Source: Takakia lepidozioides
Taxonomy: Eukaryota; Plantae; Bryophyta
Reading direction: 5' to 3'
NCBI GenBank assembly: GCA_030704615.1
Contig: CM060732.1
Coordinates: 5,704,001 to 5,768,000, forward strand
DNA: 64,000 bases
Positions 34,160-45,480 of this stretch are shown in pieces (within the stretch, counting starts at the first letter, position 1; each line of letters starts with the position of its first letter). The translations under genes were made by a program, and so were the position numbers. The notes under the pieces were generated by a model. The model was given only the letters and a program-made list of their open reading frames with translations. It was not told the origin of the DNA and searched no databases.

Positions 34160-36800
34160 TTGTCATATGATCAAAGACTGCAGAAAACGTATAGCGGATG
34201 AAAAGCAAAATGGAGACAGTCAAGATTCACAAGCAACAGTAGCTACTAGAAAAATGACTAGAAAAGACTGTGTTGTGTTATTTGTAGTCTCCCTTTCAGC
34301 TTCTAGTCAAAGTGACATATGGTATGTAGACTCTGGGGCGTCACAGTATATGACCCCAGACAAAGATAATTTCTTACATATAAAACTATTTCTCCTACTC
34401 AATATGTGTTATTAGGTGATGTCAGTACACATCCTATTAGTGTGTCAGTCATGATAGACAAGGGTGAGATGAGAGATAGAAGATGTCTTACATGTTCCCT
34501 CCCTTACCAAAAACCTTCTTTCTGTGAGAAGGATCGTAGTAGCTGGTTATGAGGTGTTATTTTAGAAGAGTCCGCGATGGGTCATTTCAAATGAGCAAAG
34601 AAATGTAGTGGAAAGTGCCATACTGAAAAATGATGATCTACATAACTTATAGATTTTTTGTACACTTAAGAGAGCTCTTACTACAAAATCTGAGAGGATT
34701 ATGTGAGAAACAGAACAATGGCATAGAAGACTAGGACATATTAGCACTGAGAAACTGAAACAGTTGAAAGAGTTACACCTAGTGGAAGGGCTCTCATTAA
34801 AGGAGGTAGAACATACCCGAAATAGAATAACCAAGTACTAGCTAGACAAGTTTAAAGAGTACAAGGTTCTTATACAGAAACAGATGGGGAAAACCCTCAA
34901 AACTCTAAGGTCAGATAATGGAGGGGAGTATATTTCAAATTCCTTCAATCAATACTGTAAACAAAACACTAAACAAAACGGTGTTGTAGAGAGGAAGAAC
35001 AGGTCTTTACAAGAGTGTGCTAGGCGCAGGCTCATGAAGCAGGCTAACCTGCCTAATTACTTTTGGGCAGAAGTAGTGGGAACTGCAACCTACCTTAAAA
35101 AACAACTCCTACAAGAGCAGTCTCAGGAATGACTTCAGAAGAAGTGTGGACAGGTGTGAAGCCAAGTATTTCACACTCTAAGGTATTTGGGTGTCGAGCC
35201 TATGCTCATATCCCAAAAAAAAAAAAAAAAAAAAAAAAAATTGGATTCAAATTTTGAAGCGTGCATTTTCGTAGGCTATACTGAAGGAGTTAAAGGATAT
35301 AAAATGCTTAAGGAGAAAACAAAGAGTATATTTCATAGTAGGGATGTAGTCTTTTATGAAGCAAGTACAGCTTTTCCAAGAGTGGGAGAAGAACCCAGTC
35401 AAGAGATAAGCTTCCAGTCTACTGAATATAAGACACCTAATGAATTTCAATGGAATCTGAAGAAGAACGTGAAAATCTTCTTATGGTATTCTTGAAGTTG
35501 AAGTAGATCATATTCTTGAAGATGAAGAAGAGTATGAAGCTAGTGAGGAACGAGTAAGTCTACTTCTACAAAGATCACAAATGGAGAGAAAAATTGATAA
35601 GAGGCTTATCACGTCAATGACAGTTGTTGAAGCCATGAGAGGAGAAACCTTATTGACACTACCAGCCCCTGATAAGATTATGTGGGAGCAGGCAATAAAC
35701 TCTGAATTCAATTTGCTAATACAAAATGAAACATGGTCACTTACCTGCGCATAGGACGTAAAGTTGTTGGGTGCAAATGGATCTTTAAGATCAAGCTAAA
35801 GTCTGATGGGAGTGTTCACAAGTATAAAGCCCAGCTGGTTGCTGAGGGTTTCTCACAGGTGCAAGGTGTTGACTACAACATACGACACTTTTTCACTTAT
35901 TGTAAAAATCATTTCAATAAGAGTATTTTAATGACATTGGCAGCCAAGCATGATTTTGATGTCCATCAAATGGATATTAAAACAACGTTCCTCAATGGCT
36001 ACCGACAAAAGACCATTTATATGGACCAGCCTCAAGGTTTTATCAAACCAGAGACTAAAGACAAAGTCTGTAAGTTACATAACACTTTATGGGCTCAAAC
36101 AATCTCCGAGAGCATGGTACGAAAGGATTGATACTTTTCTTCTAACATATGGATTTAAGAAGAGTGTTGCAAATACAAACTTGTATATTCTTACACAAGG
36201 AAGTCGATTGGTAATATTGGCTTTATATGTGGATGACGCTATGTTGGTCAGCAATAAGCCCCCAAGTTTGCGTGGGCCCTGTCCATTAGAGGGTGGTCCA
36301 GGAATTAAAAAACGACGGTATAGTAAGCTAAACAAGGTTTTGAATTAATAACCGTCATGCAAGGGGGTAAGAAAAAAGAAGGTAGGAAGGCGACAAGTAT
36401 TAAATGGGGGATGGTTCAGGCGCCAAATTGGGCTAAGCAGGTGTCACGTGCTGGTTTGTAAAAGTGACATGTGTACCAGGGCAGCCTTCTAGAAGGGTCC
36501 CACTGCCTTAAGAGGGTATATAAAGGAAAGGCACCCTCTCTTCCCCTGCATCTTAACTACTTACTAAGTTAGTACTCTGCACAGACAGGGCCCTAAGAAA
36601 AATGTAAACATGAACCCTAGATGTATTAATTAATAGGGACAGTGCGCTCATTAAGGAATAAGGGGTCAAGGATTAATACTGCAGTTCAAGGATAAACTGT
36701 CCAAGGAGTTTTCCATGACTGATATGGGTGGAGCTTTGTCTTGGTCAAACAAGAGACAAACTGCAACAAAGCTTTCATCAACGGAAGCATAATACATGGC
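34160..36800 (+). mobile_element. Ty1/copia remnant (zinc knuckle to RNaseH, internal deletions), same family as 30881-33700 but inverted
   Basis: [53 protein letters not shown]...YKAQLVAEGFSQ, HQMDIKTTFLNG, LYGLKQSPRAWY, LYVDD, LSWSNKRQ. Confidence 0.92.
36259..36668. mobile_element. ~410-bp non-coding insertion interrupting copia RT
   Basis: RT reads LYVDDAMLVSNK, then resumes as ILQFKDKLSKEFSMTDMG after about 36670. Only weak inverted ends (GCCCC...CTGTCC / GGACAG...GGGGTC). Confidence 0.55.
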
Positions 36801-39011
36801 ATGCATTCCCTACATTTTGGAAGAAGGACCCTTTGGAAACTTTGGATAAGATTGGAACTTCCGGGATGGGTTCAGTGCAAATTTGCCAAATAGGATTAGA
36901 GAAGCTATATCAATGTGTGTAAGCTGTGGAACATAGGTGTCCCCATAAATGAGCAACCATGGCACCTGATGTTCAAGTTGTACGGCATGGATACTGCCAA
37001 CAATGGGCGAGGGGTGCTTGCACTCTACGAGAAAGAGGTAGACTCAAGTAGACTCAACCTAATTCGTACCTCACTTTGCAAACAAGTAAATTCTTCAATA
37101 ATGCATTCTCTGAGCTCAGAGATGCATTTTGGAAAAAATGTGTACTCACTGATCGTGAATGTTGGTGCGTCGATCTATCCTTGAGAGCATAGTTTGCAGA
37201 GAATAACACCCATCTTGATGTTGGTTGGCGCGTGAGTACACCTTGGTACATGTGATTGACCAAGATATTGGTAATATCACTCCGGAACCACCTGCTATCA
37301 TCTCATTTAAGGGGTCACTCAAGTGCATGGTTCTAAGATCTGAAATTTCAAATTGTACCGAAACTCACTGTTTATTCTATGGCTACCAAACTTGTGTGGC
37401 CCTCATTATAGTTACAATCGGATTAAACACTATACTAATTAGGTATGTCTATACGTGTATAAGTGAGCTTATCTGGATCATGGGTCCTTTTTCGAGCTAG
37501 AGTGAAGTATATCCACGAAAATTTCAAAGGCTAAGGCACACCTATCTACTTGGGGAAACTCTGCAAGAGCACGCCATAGTCAATCAATGGGTGGAAGTGG
37601 AGGCCCGAAACTTCAATGCTGCAACTGCAGAAATACTGGGGTGGGCTCGAGGGGCTCTTTCATCCCTCATCTTTGCTTGTGGGCTCTTTCAGCATCCTTC
37701 TCTAGGTAAATCCACTACAGTCCAACAATAAACCAAATGTTGGCTTCAAGAAGCGGTTTCTTGAACCACCCGACCAAGCCCGAGCTTCTATCCATCGCAT
37801 CTATCATCAAAGGTATCAATCTCATCAATCTCTCTATTGTATCCATCAATCTATCCTCAGTCCTGAAGCTCAAGCTGGAGTCTTTGCTGCTTCCCTTTAC
37901 ATAGCTAACTAGTTGCCGCGACCTGGGATATATCCAATTGTTGACCACATCATCTCTCCTGTTCACCACTGTGCTTCCTCGACGGTTGGTTATTTGTCAG
38001 AGGTACTCGTGGATTTGAGGCGCCTGTCCAGAGCTTCAACCTCACTTCTTTGCATGAGATTTCCATCCATCAAAAAGAACACGTGCCAAAGAGTTTCATC
38101 AACGAATTTGGTATTCAATTTCATGTCTTAAGACTGTCCTATGGCTTTTATGTTCAATGTCAAGATTCATAGTTCATACGCCTACAACGCTTACACGGCC
38201 ATCTCACGTGAGTATGTCGTGCTCACATGCTCACGTTTGCGCTCATGCAATGGCTTGAGCATTTCTCATCAATAAGACCACCGTACTAATCACTTCTTGT
38301 CAAGACACAGTGTTTCAATACAAATAAGAGGCAATGAAGATGATTGTGAGGTTCAGCCCATGGGGGGTTGGTAGGGCCCTGCAGCCTCCGCATACCTGAC
38401 GAGGCACGGACAAACCCCCGCATGTACATTCAGCAGTAGCATAATTAAATAGGTGACCTCTAAAATTATATGTTACCTCAGATCTACATTTTAACTGCCT
38501 ACATAATCATTTTTTTCACACCAAAATGATATTACCTAATATGAGTAGAATCAGCCTATATACCAAGATTTTTTTTCATAGAAGTGGCAAACTGAGGAAA
38601 AACACAAGTGACGTTCCATGGGTGAAGGTCAAAGGCAGGCAAAATTGACTGCCTGACAAGGCAGTGGATTCGGAAGGTCTTGTGGAAATTTTGCAAGTAC
38701 TCACAGTTTAGTGTAGTATATAAGGTGTTGGGTGGTCACTAAGCTCAACAATCTTGTGCTAGCTTACTCAATAGTGTGGGTTCTATAGAGGTTCCTGGAA
38801 GAGCATTTGCGCTTAAAAGGCACGTCGTCTCTCCTTCATAACGTGCAGGCACGATCGCTGTCAATCTGAAGCTCAAGCAGTGCTTCTCTTAGTTCTTCAC
38901 TGACCATTAATGATCATATGTAAATCTTAGCTCATGTAGTCAATTGAGAACTGCTATGTGGTACTCCTCATCCGCCTGCACTGAGATTTTGGAGGGGTAA
39001 TGTAGTCATCT

Positions 39012-39750
39012 CACTATAGGAAAAGGGGGGCCTTTGCAACGCCCAGGCCACGCCGCGACGTCGGGAAAACGCCCATTTCGGGCACGGGGCAGGCACCGTT
39101 TTTACGACGCCCAGTCGTCCACGGGCGTCGCCAAAAAAACGTTGCAAAAATGCGACGTATGGGGATCGCGAGCCCCCGCCCCAACTCCCGTGACTGCCGG
39201 ACGTCGCTTTTCGGGCTGTCCACGCCGATGGCAGGGGCCTCCTGCGAGCGACGACTCGCCGTCGCTGCCCTCTAGCCGACGGCATTGGTGGGGGCGACGG
39301 CGTGGCGTCGCAACCCCTTTTTTTTCTAACCTGCCCGGGAGTCTCATCCTAAAACCCAAAAACACGTGGCGTAAGCCGGGTGGTACGCCAAGCGACGTCA
39401 GTACGTTGCTGCAAGCGACTATTGGGCGTGGCCAAAAAAAAAAAACAGCAGGAGCTGGAGTCGGGCTCGGCGACGCTAGGGCGTGGGTTCCCGCGACGCT
39501 CTGGTGTCGCTTTCTTTATAATCAATCAAGAAATAAAAACACGTAGCGCAAGCAGGGTGGTGGGATCCACGACGCCAGGGCATCGCGGCTTGCGACCCCC
39601 GGACCAAAAAAACCCGTCGCAGGGGGGGTCAGGCATTGCTACCTGCATTGGTATTTGCGACGCCCGGCCGTCGCGGCTTGCGACCCCGCAAAAAAAACAC
39701 GTCGCCAATACCGACGCCCTGCCGTCGCGAGGCCAGCCTGGTGGGGGAGG
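39012..39750 (+). mobile_element. CACTA-type left terminus with CG-rich subterminal repeat array
   Basis: CACTATAGGAAAAGGGGGGCCTT closely resembles the inverted terminus at 30571. Dozens of GCGACG/CGTCGC-type motifs occur in both orientations. Confidence 0.85.
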
Positions 39751-39759
39751 TTTACTATT

Positions 39760-39820
39760 GCATGAGCAGAAACCATGAGCCATGAGCCATGAGCCATGAG
39801 CCGCATGAGCCGCATGAGTG
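39760..39820 (+). repeat. Tandem (CATGAGC)n repeat; the motif recurs at 41254-41300
   Basis: CATGAGCCATGAGCCATGAGCCATGAGCCGCATGAGCCGCATGAG. Confidence 0.9.
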
Positions 39821-40673
39821 GTGAGCCGAAGTCTAAGACACGCGGATTTCATGAGCAGACTCCTCCAAATTTGGAAATGCAGCAGCTTATACTTCACCGC
39901 ATTACAGGATCTGGAACTTCCAAAAATGGCAAGGTCAAATTAAAAAACTATTATTTTAATACTTGTCCCGAGAAGCCTTTTTTTCTACCAGCCTATGCAG
40001 ACACGGCTGCCAGAGAAGCCATTAGGAGGGAGGATAGGCCTACTCGGTATGTCGTCAGTAACAAGTCCGCTCATGGTTTTTTAGATCCGCTCATGGAAAT
40101 GAGTGACCGTGCAACAAGAAATCCAGTATACCACGGCAAAAGGACGTCGCATACTGGCCTGTATAGAGTATTCCGCGGTTTTACATGCCTTAACATTGGA
40201 ATGAAGCTGACCCTTTTGCCGCGATTGAACCAATAGAGTATGCAATACTTCACAATTTTGTCATCTTCGGGTATTCGGCGGGAAAGATTTGCGACTCAAC
40301 TGGGAAATGCGGTGCCGCATTAGGATTCACACGTGCGAAATTTCTAGGCGGTTTGGTGTTGGCGAAGGCCGCATCTACCAGTACCTACGACGTTACTTGG
40401 AAATGCGGTGCCGCATTTCCTTGCCGGGGGTCGAATGAGGAAATCAAAGTTTGGGAGAGCAGAAAAACAGGAACCCTCCAACACACAAAAATACATGCAC
40501 GTGGAAACACAAGTGAATGACATAGTATTATCTTAGTTCGAGCAAAACAGATTACTGGTAGGCAAGACATAAGTCAGACCTTTCTGTGGCCAGAGTCAGA
40601 GCTACTTGCAGCAGTACAGTTCTACTATCCGAAAAGGATGGGCGTACCATTGTGTTGGGACCGCAAGCCAAGC

Positions 40674-40885
40674 TCACTGATCCCCTGGATCCATATTCAG
40701 AAGAGTGTGCACCTCTTGGGGGCTCAACCCTAGTGCATGTATGAAGTGATGAGTTGTGGAATTACACCGGAGTCTCTTTAGGTACACGTAGTACAGATGC
40801 TCGCAAGGGCAGTATGATGCCCCTTTGTTCGCCATGATCTGGAAGTCGGTGCAATTGCAGGTGGGTAATTCTGAAATGGTGATTC
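40674..40885 (-). pseudogene. SWIM zinc-finger coding remnant (absent from the ORF track)
   Basis: ITISELPTCNCTDFQIMANKGASYCPCEHLYYVYLKRLRCNSTTHHFIHALGLSPQEVHTLLN (CxC...CxH). Paralogous to 62432-62700. Confidence 0.8.
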
Positions 40886-41638
40886 ATCGTCCACATCAAC
40901 AATGATCTCCTTCATTTGCCCCGAAGGGATCTCATCCGCTACACTTTGCATCTTCTCCTGCAGACGATGGCGTTTTGAGCATGGCAGACAGGCTATGTGG
41001 CCCAATTTCTCATCAGAAAACAAGCAGTGTGGGGGCTGAAAATACTGTGCGTTGCCGCACAATGTTTCAGCTTCCAAATAGTGGTGTTTTGAACATGATA
41101 TTTGGCCCTATGTGGCACATTTCCACCAAAAAAACAGGCAGAGAGGGGGCCAAAAAGGGGGCACAAACAGTGTGAGTTGCCGCACACTCTTCGTGCTACC
41201 AACTATGGGTGTTTTGAGCATGCATACTGGCCCTGTTTGGGGGGCTGCTATTTCATGAGCGGCATGAGCATGAGCGGGAAAAAAAAAAAGCATGAGCGGG
41301 CCATTGTGTGTCCACGGAAATAGGGTTAGGAGGCACGGAAATAGGGTCATGTGGACTCGTCATAGCAATGAAATGTAACATTTTATTACAAATTTTGTGG
41401 CAAGCCACGTCTATACAAGTGTGTCCTAACTGACATAGCAGGAATGGGAACTTTTCTCCTACACCTTCCGAGGAACTTGGCCCTCCTTCTTCCTAATCCC
41501 CCTCATCCCCCCCATCCTCCGAGCTCTGTGATGCATCGGTTGCACTATGCCTCTCAAAAATTCCGTCCTCTCCTTGGGGGACTGTCCACCTCACTTCCTG
41601 GGAATCTTCTGCCTCTTCTCCCCCACTTTCCTCCTTCA

Positions 41639-43730
41639 GAGAGTTCAGCAAGGATGCTGGCATCAGTCGAACAAATGAGCTTGACCAGCAAGAGAAAGGA
41701 GAGGAAGCCTGGAAACGATGCCTTTACACGTGCGAAATGGACTGTGCTTCTTTGTTTTGCATAGACACAATCTCCTCCATCCAACCTGTTTTTGGCTGGC
41801 TCATATGAATTTGTGGTGGAGTGTAATGTGTCGCATACTCTTTTAGGGGGTCTTCGTGATGGGGTGGAAAAGCTGGGAGACAATATTTGCATTGCATAAT
41901 AAGGTTGTCTCTGTTCCTGCAGGTACATAAAGTATGTTCTCATGGCAGAGAACTGCTTGGACAAACATCTTGATTTCGTGGACCTTTGGCTTGTCCCTGC
42001 TGGCAACCAGACCATGTTTACTACGGGGATCTTGCATGACTGGGGCCCAGACCATCTTTCTGCTTGTGGTTGGTATTTGGATTGCCCTGCTTCAGAGACC
42101 CCAGCTCAGGAGGTGTCTTTGAGGAGAGAGAATGAGCGTATAGCAGCTACCGCCGCAGCAGCCGACCTCGACATTCATGAGAGAAATTTGAGGACTCTTG
42201 CAGAGAAGGAGCCTCTCGCTCAGGAGACACCGGGTAAAGGTAGAAAGGCAAAGGGAAAGGATGTTGTTGGTGGTGTGGGGAAAGGAAGGGGTAGGGGGAA
42301 GGGGGCACAAGGGCAGGTGGGTGGGCAGGGAAGTGTTGCAGATACTGGCCCTCTGGTGGTTGTTCAGCAGACTCCACCGCATGGTAGGGGATCCGGGAGA
42401 AAGAACAAGGGGGTGGTTGATCCCAAGGACCCGTACTATGCAGTGGAGCATCCCACGAGGGTCATTCGCCCTACCAGGTTGGAGATGGCCAACGTCGGGT
42501 TCCTTGCCATGATGGAGTCCAGGAAATCTGATTACAAGGGCGAACCATCACCAGTGTGGGAGAGGATTGTGGAGTTCCTGGGCATGGTGCGTGTTGTCTT
42601 TTGCTTCTTGTCTGTTGTGTGCATGGATCGTTTCAATCCTCTTGAGCATTCCATTGCATGCTTGTTTGCAGGCTAAAATGACCAAATCCTGGGTGAACGG
42701 GAAGGAGAAGCCATATGCAGCCGAACTCATCATCTTGGACATCCCTGATGGGTTGCCAGTCCCGGATGTCCCTCCATTGGGTGCTTGTCCAGGTTGGAAT
42801 GCTTTTGATGAGCGGTATTGGCGGTGGATTTTCTCCTTTTGCAATTTCTTTCTGTCCGATGCAGGTGTTTTGGTGCTCATCCAGTCCATCGACCTTTGTT
42901 GTCGCCGTGCACTTGCCAGCTATTTGAAAGCCTCCGGTATGAGGGTCGTGAAGACATGGAATTGTGTGAACAGCATGTACCTGACGAAGGGGGATCGTCC
43001 CGGAGAGATGGTAAATCTGCCTTCTTATTCCTCTTCTTGGTGGTTCTCGGATGGAGTTGCATAAGTCGCTCAAATGAATATGTAGGGGCCTGGTTTTCAA
43101 GCGTCTTAGTTCCTTGTGTATGTCCTGTTCGCAGACTCGTTTGTTTGAAGTTTTTTGTCTCGTCCGAGTGCATCCACCTACGACTCCAGCTGTCATTAGG
43201 GAGTTCGCCATCACTCACGGGGGCAAGCTCATAGACGAGAGGACAGATCCTCCCATGGATGACATGCACCACAACTACGTGGACAACAACGTGTGCTTGC
43301 GAAGGGGGAATGGGGTTCCTTGGAGAGGGGCCAGGGAGAGGAGCCCGACTTTCATTCAGACGATTGTGGAGTGCTACACCTACACAGTCGCCAGAGTTCT
43401 GGATTTGTCAATGGGCACAGGTTCGTCTCTTCAACATTCACATTTCGTGAGGTTTGTTTGACCTTGCACTTTCAGCTCTTCCCACAGTTCCAAATGTGTC
43501 TTCAATGTATGTTTCCTTCATTGTATTCCACTGCAGGTGCCTCGTACCACGCTTGCAAGGCCAGTGCGCGACATCTCTTTGGGATTGAAGGGGATGCTGA
43601 GATTTACAAGAACCTCCTGATGGGTTTGGGTGGACACACTTCTCAAGTCCTTCCGAAGCCCCTACCCGCTGATATTGATACAGGGGAGACTTCCGACAAG
43701 GAGCTGGATGATGACTTTGCCTGTGAGTAA
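41639..43730 (+). CDS. Spliced beta-class amino (N4-cytosine/N6-adenine) DNA methyltransferase-like protein; exons ~41639-41729, 41923-42586, 42672-43010, 43135-43420, 43537-43730; 5' end unresolved
   Basis: Four phase-compatible GT-AG introns give a stop-free product. It has motif IV-like AELIILDIPDG, then FLSDAGVLVL, then C-terminal motif X-I-II GARERSPTFIQTIVECYT...RVLDLSMGT|GASYHACKASARHLFGIEGDAEIY. Compare the consensus KP..L...I...T..GD.VLDPF.GSG.T..A....GR...G.E....Y. Confidence 0.78.
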
Positions 43731-44759
43731 GTTCAACCTGTGGATGCTTGCATTGTTGTTTCAATACCCAGAATCACTGTTCTTAAGGCAAAGTGCACAT
43801 GGGAGATATCCTCTTCGTTGGACTTGTGCATTGCGTCAGAATCGCATTCCTCTTGGCAATTGTGCACTGGTGTCGTTTATGTCTCTACATTTTCTTCATG
43901 CACAAACAACCTTGATGCCACTCGCATATTGTTTGCAACTAAACCAGGATTGGTTTCCTCTTCAGGCTGTTGTTGCAAAGAGACGGCAAATTTGCAACTT
44001 GGTCATGGCAGAGCTGGAAGGCCGAGCAGGATATGGCCTCCCCTATGCACGACCACCATATGTCCGGCCTGTGCGGGAGGTTGTGGGAGTGTCTTCCACC
44101 CACCGTTCGCGGCCTAGGACAAGGTCAAAGAACCCCCATCCCAGAAGACTGTGACTGCCGTGGCATTTGTGGACTCATTCACCTTCCTATTTTTATACTC
44201 TTTCCCCTTCAATGTGTACTCTCCTCCCCATTGTTTGGGCATTCCTCGCTTGTAAGTATTCAAAATTGGTTTTTGTCCACTTGTGCAGGAGTCCGCGTGC
44301 TTCCACTGACCCTCCAGGGCTATCACACATTTTTGGACTTCTTTCAAGTCCTCCTCAGTCTTACGTCCTACCTGTCTATGCGGAGGCACTCGCAGCAAGC
44401 ATGTCCATTCATGGCACTCGCAGTCCAACCATCGACGGCCGTGGTAGAAGACGTGGTGTTGGGGCCGGAATCTTTGTGGATGACATAGCACAGGAGGTCG
44501 ATACTGATTCTGATGACTGTAACACTTGATATGAAGTTTTCTTTTGCTTTCATTCGGGGCCAATTTTGAAATGGGATGGTTGTGTGTCCTTGTTGTCATG
44601 TTTGCAATGTGTGCGTGGGATGCAAATTCATGGGAACAAACTGTCGTTGGAGATGGGGGTTGCATGGACTACCCGGATTGTTCCTTCAATCTATTTAGTG
44701 TTTTGCGGAGCTCATAGGCTTGTGTGCATTGCAAAAACAAACAAACGTCTTTGGTTCGG

Positions 44760-45480
44760 GTAGAGCATTCTCGCATCATTTGCTCGTTGGTCTCCAAACC
44801 ATTCGACAGAGTGCTTACCGGACCTGCACCACCCGACACAGGGTTCACGAAGCATTGGTCAAGGTACAAATCAATGTAATGAGTTGTGAAGAGGCCACAT
44901 TCCTATGTGGAGGATTGCTGGGGAATTGGGGGGCACACCCATCGCATAGTTTCGGTGGCCTCCACCCACCTTGGGTCTGGAGGGTGGAATCCTCTTACCA
45001 TAGCCCAGAATCTAGCAAACAATGGCTTCAACCTCTTGTGTTTGTGCATGTTTTTGATGCTATTCAAGTGAAGGTGGCGCATGGGTTCCATTATTACGAC
45101 ACTCCAGTGGGTGCTGCACAATACATGCAGACTTTCAGCATCGTCATATCCACGAAACACACGATTCCAAAATGCGTATGGAAGCGAGACAAAGGGGCAG
45201 GGTGTGCAGAAAACTCACTTAGAAGTAACAGGGACAATGAGCGCTTCCACACCAACACAATTCAGGGTAGGGAATCGTCTGTCCATCCAAGTCTGTATGG
45301 ACTCAACTGTTGTCCCATATGCACTGCAATGGTCCCGAAGACAAATCCAAGTGAAAGTGTCTAGAAATCGCACTTTACTGCGTACAGTGGTAGGGAGGGA
45401 AAGTGTTTTGCAAGAAACCCAAAAGTCCATGAGGCGGTCACTTGTCCAGCCCCTTGCATGTCCCGGGCCTCATTTATCAC
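44760..45480 (-). pseudogene. Ulp1-like SUMO protease (peptidase C48) remnant with intron 45218-45114
   Basis: FLDTFTW...ALIVPVTSN|THWSVVIM...HLNS...PPIPQQSST*ECGLF. The catalytic His, oxyanion Gln and Cys are present. There is one in-frame TAG, and Asn sits at the Asp position. Confidence 0.8.

Noticed and set aside
36800-39000. Possible genes or TE fragments
   Set aside because: No recognisable motifs, termini or consistent exon chain.
30549-39034. Termini at 30571 and 39012 as two ends of one element
   Set aside because: They face outward from each other, so they are ends of two different elements.
38968-39897. Arg/Pro/Gly-rich ORFs here and at 30295-30645 and 49846-50719
   Set aside because: Stop-poor GC-rich subterminal repeats, not coding.
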